From an uncultured Christensenella sp. (GTDB lineage: Bacteria; Bacillota; Clostridia; Christensenellales; UBA1242): a DNA stretch of 64,000 nt. Positions 45,727 through 56,372 of the stretch are shown here, piece after piece. How positions within the stretch are numbered: the stretch's first letter is position 1; the number at the start of each line of letters is the position of its first letter. The position numbers and the translations under genes were made by a program. The stretch covers positions 157,461-221,460 of the forward strand of contig CASGDZ010000001.1 of assembly GCA_949300385.1 (NCBI GenBank), written 5' to 3'. The notes beneath the pieces were generated by a model, which was given only the letters and a program-made list of their open reading frames with translations, ran no database searches and was not told the DNA's origin.

Positions 45727-46848
45727 CTATATTACAACCTGTGATAACGCAACTAGACCTGTTTGTGATGTTTGGAATTTATCGCTTGAATTGTCAAACT
45801 GATTCTTAAACTCATAAACATTGAGCCCAGTAACATCCTTAAATATATTTTTAACACCCTTGAAATTTGAAAGCCCGTCGCCTGTGAGATAAATATCTAT
45901 ATCTTTAAAAACATCATCGATTGAAAGCATATCTCCGATTGATCTTGCGATTGACTCAATTCTACTTTTCACAATTTGATTTGTTATATTAATAGGTGCT
46001 TTAATTAAATTTCCCTTTGAACATATCTCATAATATTCGTTTTTATCTGTTTCAATTGTTAAGATAACCTTTCTCTTTATTAATTCAGAATCTTTAAAAC
46101 TCATACCTAATATCTGCATAATATCGCTAGAAATATGTCCACCACCTACAGGCAATGTACTCAAAAATGCCAGTCCTTCGCCCTTGTACACACATATGCT
46201 TGTTGATATATGTCCTACATCAACGACCGCAATTGGACGCGTAACTTCATTTTGTTTAGCGCACACCATTGCTTGACCCAACGCAGTCGAAATAAATTCT
46301 ATGTCCGTAACTCCAACCGCATTAAGACTATTAGTTAAAGTTTTTAAAAACGATTTTCTTGCCAATATGTAACTTGCGTCTAATGAGAGCGCACTTGTGC
46401 GCTTACCTACTGGCGACAATGTATTCATGTTATCATCTAGCAAAAATTGCATTGGACTATAGTTGATTACTGAATATTCTTCGCTATCACCAAAATCTGA
46501 GTTGACATTATATAAATCTAAAACATCGGTCTGCGTGATCTTATGAAAATCTACAAACGAGCGTGATATCCTTTTACATACACATTTACAAAATTCGCTA
46601 GGCACACCTACAATTACTTTTGTGATTTTTTTTCGTAATTTATTAGACATCTTATTAAATAATTGCGAAATTGTATCAGTAAGATCATCTAGCGACAAAA
46701 ACTCACCATCCATATACCCATCGTACAAAATATTCTCTTTTGTAACGATACGGACGCTCCCTGCAAAACGCGATATGGCGAGTAGTGTCAACTTTGACGA
46801 CCCTATATCTAGTATGTAGTTCAATTTGTTAAGCAAATTTGCCCCCAT
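45727..46848 (-). CDS. ftsA: Cell division protein FtsA (short, 373 aa)
   Basis: Actin/HSP70-fold blocks LDIGSSKLTLLA, VVDVGHISTSICVYKGEG and PVGGGHISSDI. Immediately upstream of ftsZ. Confidence 0.8.
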   Translation of the reverse strand: MGANLLNKLNYILDIGSSKLTLLAISRFAGSVRIVTKENILYDGYMDGEFLSLDDLTDTISQLFNKMSNKLRKKITKVIVGVPSEFCKCVCKRISRSFVDFHKITQTDVLDLYNVNSDFGDSEEYSVINYSPMQFLLDDNMNTLSPVGKRTSALSLDASYILARKSFLKTLTNSLNAVGVTDIEFISTALGQAMVCAKQNEVTRPIAVVDVGHISTSICVYKGEGLAFLSTLPVGGGHISSDIMQILGMSFKDSELIKRKVILTIETDKNEYYEICSKGNLIKAPINITNQIVKSRIESIARSIGDMLSIDDVFKDIDIYLTGDGLSNFKGVKNIFKDVTGLNVYEFKNQFDNSSDKFQTSQTGLVALSQVVI

Positions 46849-46860
46849 AAAATTATTATT

Positions 46861-46889
46861 ATTGTATATAATTAGATATTTTTAGTCAA
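46861..46889 (-). promoter_or_regulatory. Sigma-A promoter 12 nt upstream of the ftsA ATG (very short leader, no SD)
   Basis: Minus strand: TTGACT (46884-46889), 17 nt, TACAAT (46861-46866), 12 nt of A/T only, then ATG. Confidence 0.45.
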
Positions 46890-47217
46890 ATGTTTTAATT
46901 ATAAATTGAATATTTTGTTGGTTATTTGCTACAATTTTCGCAGTTTTATATTTATATGCACAATATATTGTGTTTTTAATTTTTATAACACACTATGACT
47001 ATGCCGAAAAATTTTATAATACCTAATATATTGTGGTGTTTTTATAAAATAAACATATGTATTTAATATATTTCTTCATGTAAAATTTTACTAAATTCTA
47101 CTTTTCTACTTTTGTTATTATGATTTTTTATTCAAATAGTTTATAAGCATAAAATATTATAAATAAATGTATAAATATGTATTAAATTATTCAATAAAAA
47201 ATAGATATAAACTAAAC

Positions 47218-47239
47218 AAAAAAGCGGCGGGTTCCGCTT
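47218..47239 (-). terminator. Intrinsic terminator after ftsQ
   Basis: Minus strand: AAGCGG-AACCCG-CCGCTT followed by TTTTT. Confidence 0.65.
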
Positions 47240-47241
47240 AA

Positions 47242-48048
47242 TTATACTTGATATCCTATTATTTCTACTCCATTAGAATCATAAAGATATTTGATTGTCC
47301 CATGCGTTATGTCCCCATTGTCAATCGTACCTTCTGCTAATTTATTGTACACTGCAAAACAAACATTTATTTTATATTCCAAATTACTTTCAGGTTTACC
47401 TATTCTAATCTCTACTCCCGCACGAGTCTGAATTGATAATACATCATAACCGACATGATTTATTTTTATAGATTGAATAATATCCTTGATTTCGTCGCGA
47501 GTTAAATACTCTCCTTGTTCATTTTTTACTACTGAATACATTGAAGTAAACAAGCTTTCAGATATCTTTGCAAAATATGCTTGACCGACAAAATCACCTG
47601 CAACTAGATTGGAATTAAGACCTAAGTCTTCATCAATATAAATAAGACCATTTATATCACTTTCGTCAGTAGTAATTGATAATATTTTTAATTCTTCATC
47701 TAAAATATAATAATTGCCTTCGCTTGTTGCGTAATACATTTTTACGCGCGTTCTTATGCGAATCTCTACCGATATCACGCTAACTGTTTTAATTTGTACT
47801 ACTTTTAAATCTGGGTATGTTTTTTCAATATTGTCAATAGCCTTTTGCTTGTCCAATGCAAATATAGATTTTCCATTTTCGAGCGAAGCGGTTGAAATAA
47901 TTTCTTCGTTTGAATAATCTAAATTTAACCCATCTACGATTGTAACATATTGCTTTCTAAGACAAAAAACGCAACCAAATAAAAGTATTATCAGTGCAAC
48001 AACTGATAATAATATAGTCGTTAAAATTATAAATCCTTTCTTTGTCAT
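47242..48048 (-). CDS. ftsQ: Cell division protein FtsQ/DivIB (POTRA domain)
   Basis: 268 aa. N-terminal TM helix and a POTRA-like block ISTASLENGKSIFALDKQKAIDNIEKTYPDLKVVQI. dcw position. Confidence 0.75.
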   Translation of the reverse strand: MTKKGFIILTTILLSVVALIILLFGCVFCLRKQYVTIVDGLNLDYSNEEIISTASLENGKSIFALDKQKAIDNIEKTYPDLKVVQIKTVSVISVEIRIRTRVKMYYATSEGNYYILDEELKILSITTDESDINGLIYIDEDLGLNSNLVAGDFVGQAYFAKISESLFTSMYSVVKNEQGEYLTRDEIKDIIQSIKINHVGYDVLSIQTRAGVEIRIGKPESNLEYKINVCFAVYNKLAEGTIDNGDITHGTIKYLYDSNGVEIIGYQV

Positions 48049-49319
48049 ACTCTTATGCGCTTTATATCTGCACCTAAATGTGATAACATCTTTTCTAAAT
48101 AGGCATAACCTCTATCAATATAATGAATATCTTCTACTATCGTGTCACCAATTGCCACTAGACCTGCAAGTACTAATCCCGCACCGCCCCTTAAGTCGTG
48201 CGCTCGAACGACCGCGCCATTAAGATGGTCAATGCCATGAACTACAACCTTATTATTGCTAACAACATCTATATTTGCAGATAATAAATTCAGTTCTTTC
48301 GCCGTTTCAAAACGATTGCTAAAAATTTTCTCGTGTATGGTTGTATTTCCTTTTGAAACTGTACTTACTACAAGCATAATTGATTGCAAATCGGTAGGGA
48401 ATTTGGGGTAATATCCTGTAGTTATTTTGCCTATAGATTTTAGATTAGAATCACTTCTAATGTTAATTATATCATTTTTTATATTTATTTGACAACCCAT
48501 TTTAATAAGTTTTTCAATTAAACTTTGATTATGTATTGGAATGGCATTTTTTATATGTACATCGCCACCACAAATAGCAACCGCACACATAATTGTTCCA
48601 GCCACTATCCTATCACTTATTGGTGTATATTGTACTCCTTTTAGTCTATCTACTCCATATATCGTTATTTTGTTTGTACCTGCGCCATAGATTTTTGCAC
48701 CCATCGATGACAGAAAATTACATAAGTCAACTATCTCAGGCTCTTTTGCTGGATTAATAATAGTAGTCTTACCCGACTGCAAACAAGCAAATTCTATTAT
48801 ATTTTCAGTTGCGCCAACACTTGGTATCTTAAGTTTAATAGTACGCGGTATATATTTTTTTGCATTAAAGTGAATTTCTTCACCGATATATTCTACTTCT
48901 ACTCCTAATTTTTTAAATGCATTAATATGTAAATCTATTGGTCTATTACCTATATTGCATCCACCGGGAAGCGTTATACATGCGCTTTTAAACTTGGCAA
49001 GCGTAGCACCTAATAAAAAGACGGACGATCGCATTGTTTTACTTAATTCACAATCTACTTTAGCGTTATTTATAGTTAAAGGATTAATTGTAATGTTATC
49101 TCTATCTATCGCGATTTTAGCACCTAATTTTTCTAAAATGCGCAACATATTGTCCACATCAATTATATCTGGAACATTCTTTATTGTTACTGGAGTGTCT
49201 GCCATTATGCTACTTGCAAGTATTGGCAAAACTGCATTTTTAGATGTTTGGATTGTCACTTCTCCAAATAATTTATTGCCACCATGAATTAAAAATTTGT
49301 CGCCATAACTATTTCTCAT
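48045..49319 (-). CDS. murA: UDP-N-acetylglucosamine 1-carboxyvinyltransferase
   Basis: About 424 aa from the ATG at 49317-49319 (MRNSYGDKFLIHGGNKLFGEV). SKNAVLPILAS and the catalytic Cys in LPGGCNIGNRPIDLH. Confidence 0.92.
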   Translation of the reverse strand: MRNSYGDKFLIHGGNKLFGEVTIQTSKNAVLPILASSIMADTPVTIKNVPDIIDVDNMLRILEKLGAKIAIDRDNITINPLTINNAKVDCELSKTMRSSVFLLGATLAKFKSACITLPGGCNIGNRPIDLHINAFKKLGVEVEYIGEEIHFNAKKYIPRTIKLKIPSVGATENIIEFACLQSGKTTIINPAKEPEIVDLCNFLSSMGAKIYGAGTNKITIYGVDRLKGVQYTPISDRIVAGTIMCAVAICGGDVHIKNAIPIHNQSLIEKLIKMGCQINIKNDIINIRSDSNLKSIGKITTGYYPKFPTDLQSIMLVVSTVSKGNTTIHEKIFSNRFETAKELNLLSANIDVVSNNKVVVHGIDHLNGAVVRAHDLRGGAGLVLAGLVAIGDTIVEDIHYIDRGYAYLEKMLSHLGADIKRIRV

Positions 49320-49372
49320 ATAACATTGTATGAAAAATAGTTTCATGACGACAAAATTATTTAAATACTATT

Positions 49373-50482
49373 TTAATTAATTTCATTATGTTTTTGTTTT
49401 GCTACATTTAGCACCACCCCGATTGCGGACATAAAAACAAAGAGCGATGTACTGCCTGCGCTTATAAACGGCAATGGTAGTCCTGTCGGCGGAATACTGC
49501 CTGAAACAACCGCGATATTCAATAACACTTGTATACTAATGATCGCACCTACACCAAAGCATAAAAATGCGGAAAATTTATTGTTCGCACGCATCCCAAC
49601 TCGAAATATACATATTATGAGTGCAACAAACACGGCAACAACAATAACGCAACCTATAAAACCTAACTCTTCTGCAATAATTGAAAATATAAAATCACTT
49701 TCACTAAAAGGAAGAAATAGTTCGGCTTGTCTACTATTGAATAGTCCCACTCCCCATAGTCCACCACTCCCGATTGCGTATAATGATTGAATAAGTTGAT
49801 ACCCCTCTTCAAGTGGATTCTGCCATGGGTCAATAAAGGCGACAATGCGACTTAGTCTATATGGCTCAATCATAATCAAAACTACAACTAAAGCAATAGC
49901 AGGGATTGTTAAAAAGGCAAAAACTTTTAAACGCATACCACCAATAAATAGCATAAAAATCAATGTGAACGCTACACACATAGTGATAGACATATTAGGT
50001 TCTAACATTATAAGTAGGCAATAAATACCGCCTAAAGCAAGAGTTATGATCACATGTTTAATCTTGCCTAGTTTATCGCCATTTGATAAGTAACCAGCAA
50101 GGAAAAAGACTAAACAAAATTTAGCGATTTCGCTTGGTTGTATTGTAAAACTACCTATTCCTATCCAACGCGTTGCACCATAACTTGTGCGCGACAAACC
50201 AGGCACAAAAACTAATACTAAAAATACTATACCAATAGCATAAAATATCCAATAGAATTTTTTATAAACGCTGTTGTTTATAAAACTGCAAACGACTAAT
50301 CCTATTGCGCCAATTACTACCCCAATAATTTGCTTTTTTAGATAGAAAAATTCATCGCCATAATTTACAACTGCCGAATATTTACTTGCGCTATAAACCA
50401 TAACACAACCAAAAATGACTAAAATAAGTGTACAAACAATTATGATTATACTATCTATTTTTGCTGTTTTTTTCATAATCAT
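49373..50482 (-). CDS. SEDS-family peptidoglycan glycosyltransferase (FtsW/SpoVE)
   Basis: 369 aa, about 10 TM helices. IQPSEIAKF and ESDFIFSIIAEELG blocks. dcw position between murD and murA. Confidence 0.88.
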   Translation of the reverse strand: MIMKKTAKIDSIIIIVCTLILVIFGCVMVYSASKYSAVVNYGDEFFYLKKQIIGVVIGAIGLVVCSFINNSVYKKFYWIFYAIGIVFLVLVFVPGLSRTSYGATRWIGIGSFTIQPSEIAKFCLVFFLAGYLSNGDKLGKIKHVIITLALGGIYCLLIMLEPNMSITMCVAFTLIFMLFIGGMRLKVFAFLTIPAIALVVVLIMIEPYRLSRIVAFIDPWQNPLEEGYQLIQSLYAIGSGGLWGVGLFNSRQAELFLPFSESDFIFSIIAEELGFIGCVIVVAVFVALIICIFRVGMRANNKFSAFLCFGVGAIISIQVLLNIAVVSGSIPPTGLPLPFISAGSTSLFVFMSAIGVVLNVAKQKHNEIN

Positions 50483-51764
50483 ACACCATTTTATTAAAGG
50501 CTTTACCGCGTGCTATATAGTTTGTAAATTGGTCATAACTTGCGCTCGCTGGCGACAAAACGATTGTGTCTAGCGGATTGCTCATGCTGACTGCTAAGTT
50601 AAATGCTCCCGATAAATCATCGGCTTTGCTTACTTCAAAATCGGTATTTTGTTCAATTAATTTATCTGCGATTTGACCAAAAGTAATTATGTTTTTTACT
50701 CTTTTAGGCAATTTCGAATAAAGTTTAGTATAATCTAATCCCTTTTCTTGCCCGCCCAACAAAAGGATAATTGGTGTTTTAATACTATCTACGCAAGCCA
50801 AAGTTGATGCTATATTTGTAGATTTGCTGTCGTTTATAAATGTGATATCATTAATAGTCGCTATATACTGCATTCTATACGCGCCCAGGTCAAATTCTTT
50901 CACTGCTTCTGCGATTTTAATTATAGGGACTTTATATATGTAGGCAAAGGCTATTGCACACATAACATTATATATATTATGTTTCCCTTTCAATTTCAAC
51001 TCATTTAACGCAACTATTTTGTGTTGATGAAGATATATGTATCCATTTTTTAAATGGACATCTGCCATATGTTTAACAGAGTATGTAATAGTCATACAAT
51101 CACGCGTCGAATGAATCTTGTCGTCCAAATTTATTACTGCATAGTCTCGTGTGGTCAAATTCTTAAATATTGAATATTTTAGTCGGGTATATTCTTGCAT
51201 TGTTTTATGCCTAATTAAATGGTCTGGTTCAATATTTGTAATTGTCGCTACATGCGGACAAAAACTATCACAATGCTCTAACATAAAGCTGCTTATCTCC
51301 ACTACATGTATAGCGCGTTTATTCTCTAATATGGCGCGCGACAAGGGATAGCCATTATTTCCGCATGCGACCGCTTTATGTTTTTTATTTAATATCTTAG
51401 CAGTCAATTCGACAGTCGTAGTCTTACCATTAGAGCCTGTGATTGCCACAAGATTTTTAGAAAACTGGCTAGCAAACTCCACTTCACTAAAAATCTTCTT
51501 ATTTAACTTTATTGCAAGTTTTACATATGGATTGTCCAAAGGTATAGCAGGTGAAACTACTAAAAAATCAAACTGACTTAACAACTCTTCATTCAAGTCA
51601 TATACAACATATGAATTTTTAAAACTAACCGAATTTAATTTAGTTTGGTCGTCATCATAAATGTAAACATTTGCTTTTAATTTATTTAATAATTTTGCTA
51701 CCCATTCGCCAGAAATTGAGACTCCGTAAATTAACGCATTTTTATGTCTATAAATTTTTTTCAT
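50451..51764 (-). CDS. murD: UDP-N-acetylmuramoylalanine--D-glutamate ligase
   Basis: 437 aa. ITGSNGKTTT P-loop, Mur ligase middle and C-terminal domains. dcw order. Confidence 0.9.
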   Translation of the reverse strand: MKKIYRHKNALIYGVSISGEWVAKLLNKLKANVYIYDDDQTKLNSVSFKNSYVVYDLNEELLSQFDFLVVSPAIPLDNPYVKLAIKLNKKIFSEVEFASQFSKNLVAITGSNGKTTTVELTAKILNKKHKAVACGNNGYPLSRAILENKRAIHVVEISSFMLEHCDSFCPHVATITNIEPDHLIRHKTMQEYTRLKYSIFKNLTTRDYAVINLDDKIHSTRDCMTITYSVKHMADVHLKNGYIYLHQHKIVALNELKLKGKHNIYNVMCAIAFAYIYKVPIIKIAEAVKEFDLGAYRMQYIATINDITFINDSKSTNIASTLACVDSIKTPIILLLGGQEKGLDYTKLYSKLPKRVKNIITFGQIADKLIEQNTDFEVSKADDLSGAFNLAVSMSNPLDTIVLSPASASYDQFTNYIARGKAFNKMVYDYEKNSKNR

Positions 51765-51794
51765 ATTTAATCTTATTATTATTTTAAATTTTTA

Positions 51795-52790
51795 TTACAA
51801 TAGGTATAAAATAATACAAATTATACCTATACAAATTGTTGTAGTAGAATAAATTGCTACTATTTTAGGTTCACTTAAACCTGAAAGTTGTAAATGATGA
51901 TGAAAAGGTGCCATTTTAAATATTCGCTTCTTTTTTATTTTAAATACAGCGACTTGCAAAATCACCGAGAGTGCGGAAAAGACAAAACATATACCAAGTA
52001 TAGGCAATAAAAATTCTTGTCCTAAAATGCATGAACTCGCACCAATATATCCCCCTAAACATAGCGAACCTACATCACCCATAAATATAGATGCTTTGTT
52101 AGTATTGAACATTAAAAATCCCAAAATAGATCCAGCAAACAACATACTTAATGTTGAAATATTTTGAATATTTGATATAATTTGACCTGTCTCCCCAGCA
52201 TTGTATAATGTTATGCCTATAATGTTTGTAATAATGGTAAAGAAGATTAAATATACAAGGCATACATTTCCCGCAAGACCATCAATTCCATCTGTTAAAT
52301 TAACGCTATTTGTCGTTGCTAATAACAAGATGATAATCAATGGTATTATGAATATCTTCATATCAAAAGTTGTAGTAGTAAAAGGAACAAATAAATCACT
52401 ACCAATCTGAGAAAAATAAACAAACAAGGCAAAAATAATCGATATACCTAGTTGTCCAATAATCTTTTGATATGGGCGAAGTCCTAAGTTTTGTTTATAT
52501 TTGATTTTAATAAAATCATCCATAAAACCAAGTACGCCAAAAAATACGCTGACAAGCAAGCACATTAGCCAAACTGTGTCATATTTTAAAAAGAAAAATG
52601 CTAGAACTAGTGTAGATATAATAAATAATACCCCACCCATTGTGAGCGTTCCATTTTTGTCTTTATGATTTTCAACATATTTTAATATGGTTTGTGAAGC
52701 ATGAAAACTACGATATATTCGCTTTATTAATGGCATCAATATTATGGATAATATGAAACTAGATAAGAATGCTAGCAGTATTTTTATCAT
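51795..52790 (-). CDS. mraY: Phospho-N-acetylmuramoyl-pentapeptide transferase
   Basis: 331 aa. NLTDGIDGLA, MGDVGSLCLGG and PFHHHL blocks. Confidence 0.95.
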   Translation of the reverse strand: MIKILLAFLSSFILSIILMPLIKRIYRSFHASQTILKYVENHKDKNGTLTMGGVLFIISTLVLAFFFLKYDTVWLMCLLVSVFFGVLGFMDDFIKIKYKQNLGLRPYQKIIGQLGISIIFALFVYFSQIGSDLFVPFTTTTFDMKIFIIPLIIILLLATTNSVNLTDGIDGLAGNVCLVYLIFFTIITNIIGITLYNAGETGQIISNIQNISTLSMLFAGSILGFLMFNTNKASIFMGDVGSLCLGGYIGASSCILGQEFLLPILGICFVFSALSVILQVAVFKIKKKRIFKMAPFHHHLQLSGLSEPKIVAIYSTTTICIGIICIILYLL

Positions 52791-54247
52791 ATTTTCATCT
52801 CACTCATATTTGAATTGTATTTAAAATAATTTTCGACGACCGAATAATCGCTATATGGATGTTTAACGCCCTTTATCTCTTGATAATTCTCTGCTCCTTT
52901 ACCGAGAATTGCGACCACATCGTTTGCTTTTGCTAAATTTAGGGCGTATTCAATTGCTGACTTTCTATCCGTTATCCTAACCATATTTTTACTATCACAA
53001 CCGCGCACTATATCATCAATTATCATGTCGGGATTTTCGTCGCGTGGATTATCACTTGTTACAACTACATAATCGCTAAATTCGAGAGCCTTTTCACACA
53101 TTTCGCTTCGTTTTGTCTTATCCCTATTCCCTCCGCAACCAAATACTGTTATTAATTTTGCAATAGGCAAATGTCTTATTGTATTTAAAATGTTTGATAT
53201 ACCATCTGGCGTATGAGCATAATCTATAACGACATTAAAATTTGCATTGATATTTAGCACATTAAATCTACCTGGGATATTAAATTCAGTATTTTTTATT
53301 ATATTCAGAACTTCTTTAATTGGGAAATTCAGTTTTACTAACACTCCAACCGCCATAAGGACATTTGATAAATTATATTCGCCCATTAAATTGGTATGTC
53401 CTGAATATACTTTATTTTCGTACTCTATCTTAAAATCACTACCTTTTAAGGTATGTGTTGATGACAATAATTTTAACTCGCCATCTTTCCCGAATGTTAA
53501 AATCTCAATGTTAGACGACTTTGCTATATCTTTATTAGATTTAGCGTCAATATTAATTACACCGCATTTTGCATGTCTATAATCAAATAAACTAGCTTTA
53601 CACTTTATATAATTATCCATATTAAGGAAAAAGTCTAAATGGTCCTTTGTTATATTGCTAAGTCCCACAATATCATAATTAATATTATCTATTTTGTTCA
53701 GTGCTATTGAATGTGCGCTAACTTCCATAACCACATATTCGCACTTGTTCTCTTCCATGTCGCGAATTAGCCTATGTAAGTCTAGAGGATCAGGTGTGGT
53801 TAAATTGTTTGGTAATACTAAATTATTTATTGAGACTCCTTCCGTTCCTATAAGTCCAACCGATTTGCCTAAACGAGACAATATATCGCGTATTAAAAAG
53901 GTAGTAGTCGTTTTCCCATTCGTCCCTGTAATTCCTATAAACTTCATCTTTGATTTGTATGTACCAAAGAAAATTGAACTTATATATGACATTGTTGCCC
54001 TGACATTTTCTACTAAAATTTGCGGTACAGAAAGGTCTAAAAATCGCTCTACTACAAGACATACTGCACCATTATTTATGCTATTTTCAGCAAAATCATG
54101 GCCATCGTTTTTTAGTCCTTTAATACAAAAATAAATTCCGTTTACTAATTTTTCTTTACTATTGCAAGTAAGCGAATCAATTTCTATATCCTTGTAATTT
54201 TTTATGCCTATGAATTTCAAGTTTGAGATTATATCATATAATTTCAT
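52787..54247 (-). CDS. murE: UDP-N-acetylmuramoyl-tripeptide synthetase (MurE)
   Basis: 486 aa. GITGTNGKTTTT, DYAHTPD and CGGNRD blocks. Confidence 0.92.
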   Translation of the reverse strand: MKLYDIISNLKFIGIKNYKDIEIDSLTCNSKEKLVNGIYFCIKGLKNDGHDFAENSINNGAVCLVVERFLDLSVPQILVENVRATMSYISSIFFGTYKSKMKFIGITGTNGKTTTTFLIRDILSRLGKSVGLIGTEGVSINNLVLPNNLTTPDPLDLHRLIRDMEENKCEYVVMEVSAHSIALNKIDNINYDIVGLSNITKDHLDFFLNMDNYIKCKASLFDYRHAKCGVINIDAKSNKDIAKSSNIEILTFGKDGELKLLSSTHTLKGSDFKIEYENKVYSGHTNLMGEYNLSNVLMAVGVLVKLNFPIKEVLNIIKNTEFNIPGRFNVLNINANFNVVIDYAHTPDGISNILNTIRHLPIAKLITVFGCGGNRDKTKRSEMCEKALEFSDYVVVTSDNPRDENPDMIIDDIVRGCDSKNMVRITDRKSAIEYALNLAKANDVVAILGKGAENYQEIKGVKHPYSDYSVVENYFKYNSNMSEMKI

Positions 54248-54321
54248 ACTTCACCCCTCGATTGTAATTTAGCATAAAATTTTCAATGTTCTACCCTGCT
54301 TACAAAATAAGACAAAAAGAT

Positions 54322-56226
54322 CTAATTTGTGATTAAATATACTATTTCTCCCAAATATAACATGGTGCCTTCTTTAGGAAGTTGCGCAACGACATATTCT
54401 CCTTCGCCATTGAAAAGTGCGTTTAACCCTAATTTCTTTAATTCAGAACATGCTTGTGCTAAAGACATACCAACCAGATATGGCATGATTATATTTGGCT
54501 GATTAGTCAGTTGTGAAGGATCAGTAGGAGTTATTGCCTTTAATGTAAAAATTTTTTCAAGTACGCGTTGACCGACTGGTTTTGCGACAACTCCGCCATA
54601 ATATGCTCCATTAGATGGTTCATTCACACATATAATGATAATTAAATCTGGATCACTCGCTGGATATGTACCTATAAAACTAGAAATATATTTACCGCTA
54701 GCAATTTGACCATTTTCATCATATTTTTGTGCTGTCCCCGTTTTACCGCCTACATCGTATCCCGCGATGAATGTATAGTTGCCTTCGCTATTAACATTAT
54801 TTGCTAGCATCATGTTTATAGTTGATATAGTGTCTTCACTCAAATTAATTTTAGACTTTGTTGTACTATTGGTATATATAGTTTCGTTCTCCATTTGAAT
54901 ATGGTCAAGAAGGTGTAGGGTTATATCATACCCCGTTGTGATTTTGGCATACACTGACGCCATTTGAAGTTGAGTAACCGCCACCGCATGACCAAAACCA
55001 ATACGCGCAAGGTCAACAGTCCGTACATTTTCCTTATTCATTACTATTCCGCTTGACTCGCTCGCTATATCAACACCTGTCTTTTCGCCTATGCCAAAAT
55101 ATTCTAAATATTCATAATACTTATCCACTCCTAACCTAAGTGCTAAATTCACAAACACACAGTTACAACTATTTTTAAATGCGTCTATTAAATTTAGACT
55201 CCCGTGTCCTGTAGTCTTCCAACATTTAATTGTTTCACCATCCACTGTGGTATGTCCTGAACAATAAAATTTTTCATCGATGCTAGTGAGTCCTTCGTTG
55301 AGCGCTGCTGCAAGTGTTATCAATTTAAAAGTACTTCCTGGTTCATATACATCAACCACAGTTGAATTTTTTGTCATTGCTTGTAGTTGCGAAATGTCGT
55401 CGCGTGGTACATTGTTTAAATCAAAACTAGGTAAACAACTCATTGCCTTTATTCCGCCCGTCTTTGCGTCTAGAATTATTCCGCTAACACCGAGCGCTTT
55501 ATTCTCTTCATATGCCGTCATTAACTCTTGTTCAAGAACACTTTGCATTTGAACATCTATTGTAGTATAAATATCTGCTCCTGCTACGCTTGGTATATAG
55601 TATCCAAGCGAATTTTCTATCTCTTCTCCGCGTGCATTCGTTTGGGTTAAACTTTTCCCGTCAATGCCTTTTAGATATTTATCGTAATAACTTTCTAGCC
55701 CTGCTTGACCAATGTTGTCTATTGTGCAATAACCTAATACCTGCGTTAGTAAATTTGAATATGGATAAACGCGTGCCACATTTTGAGACAAATATACACC
55801 GTCATATTTTGTCAATGCAAGAGCGTTTTCTTCATCTACTTGCATTTTTATTAATATTTCACTTAGCGAAGTATTCGTTACCTTATTGTATGCTGTTGAA
55901 TAGTCTATATCTAAAAGGTTACTAATATCGGTCGCTAATGCAACTGGTTCACTAACACTTCGCGCACGCACATACACATCGTATGTGGTTATGGTAGAAG
56001 CAAGGCTAACCCCAGACGCATCATATATCTCTCCGCGTTTGCTTGAAAGCGGAAGGTCTCTAAGCCACTGTTCAGCCGCTAAAACTTGTAAATTTTTGCC
56101 CGTTATAATTTGTAGATAAAATAAACGACTGAGCAGAGCAAAAAACAAAATTAATATTATACATAAAACTGCAATAAAGCGTCTTTGCATTGAGTAAAGG
56201 TTATAGAATGTCCTAAATTTTGTCAT
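54322..56226 (-). CDS. Class B penicillin-binding protein (FtsI/PBP2B/SpoVD-like) with one PASTA domain
   Basis: 634 aa. N-terminal TM helix, SxxK (GSTFK), SxN (KNSCN), KTG (GGKTGTA) and a C-terminal PASTA (VGMSLAQACSELKKLGL). Confidence 0.9.
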   Translation of the reverse strand: MTKFRTFYNLYSMQRRFIAVLCIILILFFALLSRLFYLQIITGKNLQVLAAEQWLRDLPLSSKRGEIYDASGVSLASTITTYDVYVRARSVSEPVALATDISNLLDIDYSTAYNKVTNTSLSEILIKMQVDEENALALTKYDGVYLSQNVARVYPYSNLLTQVLGYCTIDNIGQAGLESYYDKYLKGIDGKSLTQTNARGEEIENSLGYYIPSVAGADIYTTIDVQMQSVLEQELMTAYEENKALGVSGIILDAKTGGIKAMSCLPSFDLNNVPRDDISQLQAMTKNSTVVDVYEPGSTFKLITLAAALNEGLTSIDEKFYCSGHTTVDGETIKCWKTTGHGSLNLIDAFKNSCNCVFVNLALRLGVDKYYEYLEYFGIGEKTGVDIASESSGIVMNKENVRTVDLARIGFGHAVAVTQLQMASVYAKITTGYDITLHLLDHIQMENETIYTNSTTKSKINLSEDTISTINMMLANNVNSEGNYTFIAGYDVGGKTGTAQKYDENGQIASGKYISSFIGTYPASDPDLIIIICVNEPSNGAYYGGVVAKPVGQRVLEKIFTLKAITPTDPSQLTNQPNIIMPYLVGMSLAQACSELKKLGLNALFNGEGEYVVAQLPKEGTMLYLGEIVYLITN

Positions 56227-56372
56227 GTATTATTATATTTGTTTAAACATTTATTTAGAATTAATAAAGTTAATAATTTATTTTGTGGATATATTATTCA
56301 GTGTTTATTAAAATAATTGATAAAATTATAATAAGATATTGTTGTTTTAGTAATTATTTAAATAAGTAGTCC

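Noticed and set aside
45727-46848. FtsA appears short (373 aa) and may lack the C-terminal amphipathic membrane-targeting helix
   Set aside because: I cannot judge this by eye without an alignment. The C-terminus (GLVALSQVVI) is hydrophobic and could still serve as a membrane anchor.
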